Part shown: positions 46,012 through 55,000 of the stretch, piece by piece
How positions within the stretch are numbered: position 1 is the stretch's first letter
Layout: each line of letters starts with the position of its first letter
Virus record (IMG/VR): IMGVR_UViG_3300045961_000282
Coordinates: 62,001 to 126,000 of that record
Reading direction: 5' to 3' (one strand)
Length of the DNA stretch: 64,000 bases
Notes under the pieces: model-generated
Databases searched by the model: none
Told to the model about the DNA's origin: nothing
The model's input: only the letters and a program-made list of their open reading frames with translations
Translations under genes and position numbers: made by a program

Positions 46012-49000
46012 ACCACACCTCCGCTCGCTCCGCCGCCCGCAGGGGCGCCCGCCTCAGGTACTGCGCCCTCGGGGACCTCACCCTCGGGGACTTGCGGAGC
46101 GGGGGCCGCGGGGGCTGCTGGCCCACTGCCCCCGCGCTGCGCCTCTGCCTTTCGACGCATGCGCTCCATCCTGCGCATCATCTTCTCGGTGTAGTAGTTC
46201 TCGACGAGGGTGTACAGCCGATCCCTGCGCAGGTTCTTGCGTCCCTGCCATGAATTGCCCAGCATGCCCTTCTTGCCCGCCCATGGCTGCCCAGATTCAT
46301 CGGCTGGGTCGTAGCCGATCTGAGACAACTCGAACGGGGTCGGGAAGTTCTCGTCGCTTGGCGAGGTGTTCTGCATGCGCTCTTGGATCGCGGCAAAGTC
46401 GGCACGGTCCTTGTCCGTCCTCAGGTGCCGTTGGATAGATGACATCAAGTACCGGGCCTGACCGAGAGGGTCTGACTTCCAGCCGAATCCTGCCGTTGCC
46501 CATGCATATCCACCGACTGAGATGTTTGCATGAACATCATAATGCTTGATGCCATTCAGAATGGACCAATCGGACGTCTGTTTCACCAATTGTCCAGCAA
46601 GTCCGGTGTTCTGAACGTCATTATCCATGATCATGTATGCGGCATAAATGCTGGTGTTTTGAACCGTGACGTAGCCGTTTCCGACTCGCGGCATGTCCCG
46701 CAGGACATTTTCGCGCTGCCGTTCAATTGCTTGCGCCAGTTCAGATGGTGAATCAGCATTGAGCGCTTGGCTGATCGCGTCATCACCGACCTTGGCTCGG
46801 CGCAGGGCGTCGGCGATGTCGGATGTTGAAGCAGCATCCATGTCAACGATCCATCGGCTCGCTTCAAGGATCTGTGGTGCGGTCAACTGCAACCCGGAAG
46901 ACCCGACTTGATGCAGTTCGGCCAGCGCCTTCTCGCCGTACGCCTTGCGCGCGGAGCCAAACGCATCAGACAACTTCTTCACATTTTGCCCGACCGCATT
47001 CCACAGATCTTCGATAGATGCGACGTTCCCATCGGAATCGAGAATCGTGGCCCCTCGCGCATAGGACCGCATCAATGAGAAGTCGAACGAGGAGGATCCA
47101 TCCCCTGCATAACTGCTCAGAGCCTTCTGCAATTCACGAAGTTGGTTGTAATTTCCAATCGAGAATCCCGTTTCACCGAGCGGTTTCGATTGGTCCGCTT
47201 CGCTGACGAATTCACGGAACTCGTAGTTGATGTTTCCGTTGCGATCCCGGATCGGGCTTGAGGTGACGACCATTGCCAGCGCCGGGGCACCGGGGCGATC
47301 GGATATCTGAGTCGCCTCAGCAACGGCCCGCAAGGCACGTGTCGAGTTGTCCGCGGTCATGTCATCGAGCCGCGTTGCGGCCCCTGCGCGCTCGAAATCG
47401 TGGCCCAGCGGGTTGAACTGAGCAACCAACTGCTGGATCTCGCGCTTCTTGATCTGCTCGGCGCGGCGGCTCATCACCGACGGGCCATTGAGTTCCCTGA
47501 CCGGGACCCACGAGCGCGACCGCAGGGCGGCGGCGCCGAGGTTGGTTCGGTTGACGCTGGCCAGTGACGCGATCTCGAACGGTGTCGGGAGCCCCTCGAG
47601 GTCGGTGGCATCCTCGAGGTCGCGAACCATATCCGCGATGATCGCCTGCGCCGCTTCGTCGTCGCCCGAATCCCGGGCCGCCCGCGCCAGCATGGCCCGC
47701 ACGATGTCCTTGGTGGAGTCAAAGCCACCCATGGCGATGACGTCCCAGTCGAAGCCCGAGTTCGCCGCCGTGAGCCGCGCCGACGGGGGTGCATCGACAA
47801 TCTGCAGCGACGTTGCGCCGTTGGCGATCGCGTGGCGCTCCGCCGCCTTCAGGGCCTCCTGTTGGGCAAGGCGCACCGACTGCGACGTTCCCGGATCGAT
47901 CCCGACCCTGACGGTCGGAGGAAGGTCGCCGCTGCGGTCGATCTGCAGGGTGAACTTGCCGCCATTTTCGGCGCGGCCTCGCGGCTGGAGGGTCACGGCG
48001 ATGCGCCCGCCGGTCGGGGTCAGTTCGATGCTGTCAATCGACTGAATCCCACGGAACTCGGGGTTGGACAGCAGGTCGGCGAACAACTGCTCGCGAACCG
48101 CGTCGGGGACCGAGGAATCGGCAAGATTGGCGATGGATGGCGCCGACTGCCCTATGTGCATGATCCGGGCCGCTTCGCCCGCCCCGTGGCGACTGCGCAG
48201 GGCGTCGGAGTCAGCGGGACTGAAGGAGGCATTGATCCCCGACGTCCCGAAGTAACGGACTGGGTCGGCGACCAACGGGCTGGACTGCGCCAGCGACAGA
48301 TCGTAACCGCGCTCCCGTCGCACCTCCCCGGTGCGCAGGTCGCGAACTGTCACATACCCCCACGAGGCAGCAGCGTTCGTCCCGGGCTCCGGTTCGGTGC
48401 CAAGAACCACGGCAGACTGGGCGCTTGAGCCATATCCCATCCTTACCGTGTCGCCGACGACCAGACCGTTTCCGCCCCCGTCCGTGACAACGCCATCGGT
48501 CCCGGAAGTTGGTCGACGAACCAGTTGTCCATCGGAATCGACCAAGGCATTGACCTGTGCCTGACGGACTCGCTCGACGTCCATCTCGTCCTGCAGGGTC
48601 CGCATCGCGAACAGCGCCTCGCGGCGTTGCTGCATGGGGGTTGCGGGATCCAAGGCGATGCGCTCGACGACCGCGAGCGCCTGCATGTTCACCTCATGGC
48701 GGGCCGCGTACAGCATCGTGGGTGATGAGAGGCCGTTGGCCGCCGAAATCCCTGTCCGATAGGCCCGCGCAGCGTCCGGATCAACGCTCTCCATGACCCC
48801 AGTGAGGTCGTCGCCATAGCGGTTGATCGCGATCTGCATCAGCGATGAGTTGGCAGCCACCAATCCCGGCGGGACCGTCTGGCCTCGCTCGCGCCGGGCG
48901 ACCATGAGGTTGCGCAGGATCCCATTCGCTCCGACGAGGTCTCCGCCATCGATGGCCCTGCTCGCGACCTGCAGCGCCGACCGCTCTGCCTCACTGACCC

Positions 49001-52000
49001 CATCAGACGCAGCCGCTTGGTCGATGGCCGCCTTCGCAGAATTCCGGCGCGATGTCGCCGAGTAGCCTGAGGGTTGCTGAACTTCCCCAATCCCCCCCAT
49101 CGCGTCGCGGATCGATGCGTAGGCCAAGTTGACCGCATCGGCACGATCTGGGTCATAGCCTTCAAACGAAGAGCCCAGACCGGCGTTGTTCAGCAACGCC
49201 GCGGACGCCCGCTCGAGTTGATCTCGCGCCGTGGCGGCATCGCCGTCGCGCAGAGCGGTCGCTGCGGACTGCAGGACCGTGGAAACGTCAGCATCGGCCG
49301 TGTCCGCGAAGACTGATTGAGCCAGTTCATCGATCTGGTCGGCCTTCTCGGTGAAATCAACCGGGGGTGCCTCGGGAGTCGTTGACTCAGGAACGGTCGC
49401 CTCAGGCTGCGGCTGGTTCGACCCAACCCGCATCCTGCTATCGATCCGGTCGCGCAGGCCGACCGCGACGGACCGCCGGTAGTCACCGTAGGCGAGCGAG
49501 TCGATCACGTCGGTCAGGATGTTGCGCGCGGTGGCTCCGTCGCCGTTGCGCAGCGCGTCCACGGCTCGCTGCCCCATCCTGCGCAGGTCGGCCGGAACGC
49601 CTTGGGCTTCGAGGATTCCGGTTGCCTCGGAGATGAGGTCGCTGTAATCCACCTGCGGCTGAGCCTCGGGAGCCTCGGGCTCGGGAGCCTCGGGAGCCTC
49701 GGGCGCCGTCGGCTCCTCGGGGGCCTCGGGGGCCTCTGGGGCCTCTGGGGCGGCTTCGGGCTCGGGGGCCGGGGGTTCCTCGGGGGTCGGCCTGTCCTGT
49801 GGCGCCTGTCCGCGGGACAGTTCCTCTCGAACCATACGGACGATGTCGGCATCACTGATGGCGCCGTCGACCGCGGGGTTCTCCCAAAGGCGCTCACCCG
49901 GGCGGATGTCAGCGCCGCTGTTGCGGAGGTCCTCGATCGACTCCGGGTCCATCTCATGCAGGACCCCGGCGCGCTCAAGGACGCGCAGGACGCGCTGAAC
50001 CTCGTCGTCGCTCCACTGCGGGAACATGCCCCGGATCTCCGTGAGATCCCAGTTGACGACGCCGTTCTGGCCAACGAGTGCATCGACCGCTTGGGCGACA
50101 TTGGAATCCACCGAAGCGATGTCAAGACCGACCGACTCGCTCTGTGCGTAGGCGCGCACAATCTGATCGGCGATCTCGGCGTCGGTGAGGTTGGCGGCGC
50201 CCGCCCCGTACCCGTACCGCGCCATGCTGTCGCCGATGTCGATCCGCGACAGGACTCCGGCGTCGACCAGTCGGTCCAGCATCCCTTGGGCGCGGGCCAT
50301 GTTCATGTTACCGTACGTCGCCACGAACTCCGGCGTGACCGCGAGGTAATCGCGCAGCGCGGCGGCGAACTGCTGGGCGCGGGCAATCTCGGCGCTGCCG
50401 GGTGCCGACACGGGCAGGCCCGGAACGCCGTCATTGGGATCGCGTCGGTCGGGCATGGCGTCGCGCACGTCACCGTTGGGATCCCACACGGCGAGGGCAT
50501 CGCGCAGTTCTGCATCGCGCGCGTCGCCCGCTTGGCGCAGCCGCCACAGGGCGGCGTCGAACATGATCCGCTGCTCCGCTGAACCGTCAGGGAGTTGCAG
50601 CGCCGCAGCCAGCGTGGCACGGGCGTTCTGGCGATGCCGGTGGGCGGTCGCCTTCGCCGGGTCGCGCGGGGACACCGACATGTTGGTCGGCAGGCCACCC
50701 ATGATGTTCGCCACGCGCGACCGGGTGTCGGCGGCGGCGGCGGCCCAGTCGTTGTCGCCCCAGTGGGAGTCGCGCAGGGCCATCATGCGCCGCACTGCGT
50801 CCGCATCGCCCGCCTGCGACAGCCGCGAGAGGCCGAGGGAGTAGAAGGCCTCGAACTCGCCGAACTGCCCCGCCCGGTAGGCGCGTCGGGCCAGCGCGAA
50901 GGAGTTGGCCGCCTTCCGCCGGGCGTCGGCCTCCTGCCCCTCGCCGAGTTCGGCCACGAGGGCCCGCTGGCGGGTGACCTCATCAGAGATCGAGGCGATC
51001 TCCGCGTCGGTCCACGAAGCCCCCCGGGCGGTCGGGCGGCTCGGGGCGAGGTTGTCGTCGGCCAACCGGAACGTCGGATCGTCAAGGTTGCGCAGCCGGT
51101 CGGGGTTGACCCGAACCCGCGCGGCGTTCATCAAGCCCCGCAACTCCGTAGCGTGCACGAGATCCAGCGCGTTGCGGGCGCGCATCAGGGCGGCCCAGCG
51201 CTTCGCCGAACCCGGCTCAGCGTTCAGCGCATCCCCGAATGCCTTCTTCGCGAAGATCAGGGCCGACCCCGCCTCGCTGCCGCGTCCCATGTAGCGGATC
51301 AGTGCTGCGATCGACCCGCTGATCGCCTCGTCGTCCATGTCCCATGAGGTGTCGCTCAGGGAACGGCCGTGAGCACGATGCCGGATGTCCAGCAACTCAT
51401 CGCGCAGTTGGGCCAGATCGGCATTGTCGCCGGAGCGGCTCGCGGCGCGGTTGAGGCGGTTGATGACCCGCTCCAGCACGGCTTCGCGATCGAAGTTGGT
51501 GGCCGGTCCGAGGTCGCCGCGCAGCAGCCGGTTCAGATCGCGCTGGGCGACGTTGATGGCCGCCTGCACCTGCTGGCTGGTCAGGAATCGGGGGTCGCCC
51601 GCCAGTCCGTTGAGCCGGTCGGCCACGGACTGCAGGCTGTCGACCGAGGATGAGTAGTCAGCCTCATCCATGTAGTCGTCCATGTACCAGTACCCGTCGG
51701 GATCACCCTCGGGGGTCTGGAGGATCCGGTTCCCGGACTCGATCCACTCGCTGGTCGCGTCGGCCTGCTCGCGGGTGTAGTTCTCGAGGCTAACCTGCGG
51801 GTAGTCGTCCAGATAGCGGTTGAGCAGGGCATCGGCCCGTGCTGACGCCTCAAGCAGGCTCACCCGATCGGCTGCGCTGAACGCACCGTTGGCCTCTTGG
51901 GTGAAATGCCGCGACGCGAAGAGCAGCCGGTTGGCGCGGCCACGGTTGGCCCGGCGCGTTCCCAGCGGCTCGGACAGATCACCGATGCTGTCGACCAGTT

Positions 52001-55000
52001 CCTGCCAGTAGCGCTGGACGTTGGGGCGCGCCCCGGACAGCGCCTCAGTGATGCCGGACAACTGATCCGCATAAGGCTGCTGCCGCCACCCTGCAGAGTC
52101 GGTGGCCCGCTCCGCCGAAACCTGCGCCTCCTGCGGGGTGACCGTCGGCGCGGCGTCGGGCTCGTCTCCCGCGTCGGCCATCTGCATCGCCTGCGCGTAG
52201 GCGTCCAGCGCCGCAGGATCGGCGTCCTGCCCTTGCGCGTTGGCCTCCAGCGCCGCGTTCGTCGCGGGGTCGTTGCGCACCGCCTCGGCCGCGTCGGCCT
52301 CGGAGAGGGCGGTTTCCACGTGGCGGGTGGTGGATTCGTCCATCCCCGCCTCGCGCGCCACCTGTGCAACAGACTCACGGGTCGGCTCGGGGGTACTGGC
52401 CTCTGGGGTCGCAGAAACAGCCCCTCGGGGCCCTTCGCCCAACAGCGCATCCGCATACTCGGCACTATCGCTGCCTGCGAGGTCGTTCAAGAACTCGTCG
52501 ACGTTGCCATCGTGCTCATCCATGAGGTTGCGCACGAGCGCATTGCGTTGCCGCTGCGTCAGCGAGTCCCACTGATCCACCGCGTCGCTGATTGCGCCTT
52601 CCGCGCGCAGGTTGATCGGATCTTCGTCCTCGATCGGCGCGACCTCTGCGGCGGGCGCCTGCTGCGCCCCGGTGCGTTCGCGCCGTCGCCGCTCCCGCTG
52701 CAGGTCGCGGCGGTCGCGATTGATCTGGCGCTGCCAGTCGCGTGCCGCTGCCCGGCGCTCGGCCCGGTACTGCCGCGCCGCCCGGCGCTCGGCGGCCAGC
52801 CGTCGGCGCTCGCGGGCCTTGGGCTGGTTGCGCCGGTCGATGCGCGTGCGCGGGTATCCGGCCTTGCGCAGCATGCTGCCGATCCGGCGGCTCTGTGCAC
52901 GGGCCTTGCGGGCGGCGTTGACCTCACCAAGCGCCTCGGCCTCGGCGGCCCAGTCGCTCAACGCCTGCTGCATGTCGGCCAGCGCCTGCGCTGCGGCATC
53001 CTCGTCGCCGTTGGCGAGGGCTTCGCTGTACCGACCGCGCGCGTCATCGAGCCGCGAAGTCGCTCCGCCCGAACGCTCCTCGATCTGCCGCTTCGTCTCC
53101 GCGAGGTACTCGGCGTCCTCGGCGAAGTCGAAGTTGTCGTTGGGGTTACGACCAACCGCCGGGTTCTCGCCCAGCGGCACCCGTGGCGGCCCGTTCTGCT
53201 CGGCCTGCTCCCGGGCAGCGGCAATGTCAGCCGCTTCTTCGAGGGTGTCCGCGGCGTCGTCGAGGGCCCCGGCGACGTTGTCGCTGTCCTGAGCCGCAAT
53301 GGCGCCGTCGTCCACAGCGTTGGCGGCGTCCGACAGGCTGTGGCTGTCGGCGTCGGGGCGGATCGAGCCGTCGTCGCTGACCACCGAGTTGATGGCATCG
53401 CGAGCCGCCTGAACCTCGGGACGCGCGGCAACCTCGGGCTCGGCCTCGACGGCGTCCTCGACGTTGAACAGCGCCATCTGGTTGAGGTCATCGGCTTCGG
53501 CGTCGAACTCGGTGTTCAGCCACGCCCCGCGCGCGTCGTCTTCCTCGGCATCGAAATCTGCGTCGTGCTGGCGCAGGAAGTCGGCCAACTCGGTCCGCAG
53601 CGGGCCCATATGGTTCCGAAGGCCACGCCACGCAGCGAAGTCGTCATCCTCGATGTCATCGAGGCGGGACATCATGCTGTCGATGGTTCCGACGGCTGCG
53701 CGGATGTTGCGGATCGTGTCGTCGCCACTTCCGGCGTCTGCTAGCGCGAGGAAGTCGCTGATCCGACGCATCCGCTCACGCAGGTAGTCATGCGTGAGTT
53801 CGTCGGGGAAGGCGTTGATGGCGTCGCCGATCAAGCCAACCCCGTTGGCCGCGTCGTCGATGTCGATCAGTTGCTCCATCAGGTCGCCCTGAGAAAGGCC
53901 CTGCCATGCACCCATCGCACCTTCGGCGGCCAGATCGGGAAGGACCTCCAGACCCGACTCCTCCAGCGCCTGCAGTTCCTCGTTGCTCAGGCCCTCGGGG
54001 GCGCCAGCGATGTCGACCAGATTCCCGTCGGCGTCATACTCGACCTCGATGCGATCGCCGGGGGACAGTTCGGTTCCGGGCCACTGGCTGGACCAGCCCA
54101 AGGGCACCTCGAAGTAGCGGCGGCCCGGGGCGGGGCGAGCCTCGGCCTCGGGGGCCTCGCCTGCCGTCACCTCTTCGTGGCTGACGATCCGCCCGTCGCG
54201 GCGGACCACCCGGAAGGTCCTGCCGCTTTCGGCTCCCCGGTACGGGTACACCGTGGTGATCTCGCCATCGGGGGTGCGCTGGGTTTCCAGCCACCCGCTG
54301 ATCTCCTCGCCGTCCGGGGTGCGGTAGTTCCCAGTCATTCCCTGAACTGGGCGCTGCTCTTCGGGGGCTTCGGGGATTTCGGCGCGCGGCTCCTCCTCGG
54401 GAATCTCGGCCCGCACCCCCTCGGGGGCCTCTTCATCGACCTCTTCAAGATCCGTCGACTCGAAGGTAGCCAGATCCAGCGTCCGTCGGGCACCGCGCTC
54501 GCGGGCCGCGGCCTCAGCCGCCTCGGGGGTGTCGTAGACGTCGACGATGTCGGCGACGACCTCTCCGGTGTCGGGGTCGACGACGAACGCGACATGCGCG
54601 CCGTTCTCGCCGCTCAACTCCTCCCAGTTGTCGTCGATGAACGTCGCCGCATTGGCCCGCTGGAACTCCGCGAACTGGAACCGCCGCTCATTGCCGCGGG
54701 CAACCGCGATGCCGGACTCGGGGAAAGCCCCCTCGGCGGGGTCGAACGCGACGCCCTGCCGCTCATCGAAGGCACGAATGACGTGCTCGACTGCATCGTT
54801 GGGAACCATATCCTCGTCGGCGTTGACCCGGAGGTGCCTGCGGTGCCGGTCGAGACGCTGGCGGAACTTGCGGTCGGTCTCCTCCTGCTTGGCCCGCTGG
54901 GCCTCAAGGTCGAACGGCTCGACGCCGCGCTCGATGCCGCCGTCGACCGCAGCCTTGAGGATGGCGACCATGTCCTCGACGTCGGTGTCGGCGTGGTGCT

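Noticed and set aside
51860-52465. Second nested +1-frame gene in the giant ORF
   Set aside because: Only a mild A/T3 rise at its start, no RBS, and the remainder reads as typical R/P/T shadow sequence.
54460-54780. SAM-lyase identity for the domain after the exonuclease
   Set aside because: Only a vague resemblance; catalytic residues could not be matched by eye, so it is left unassigned.
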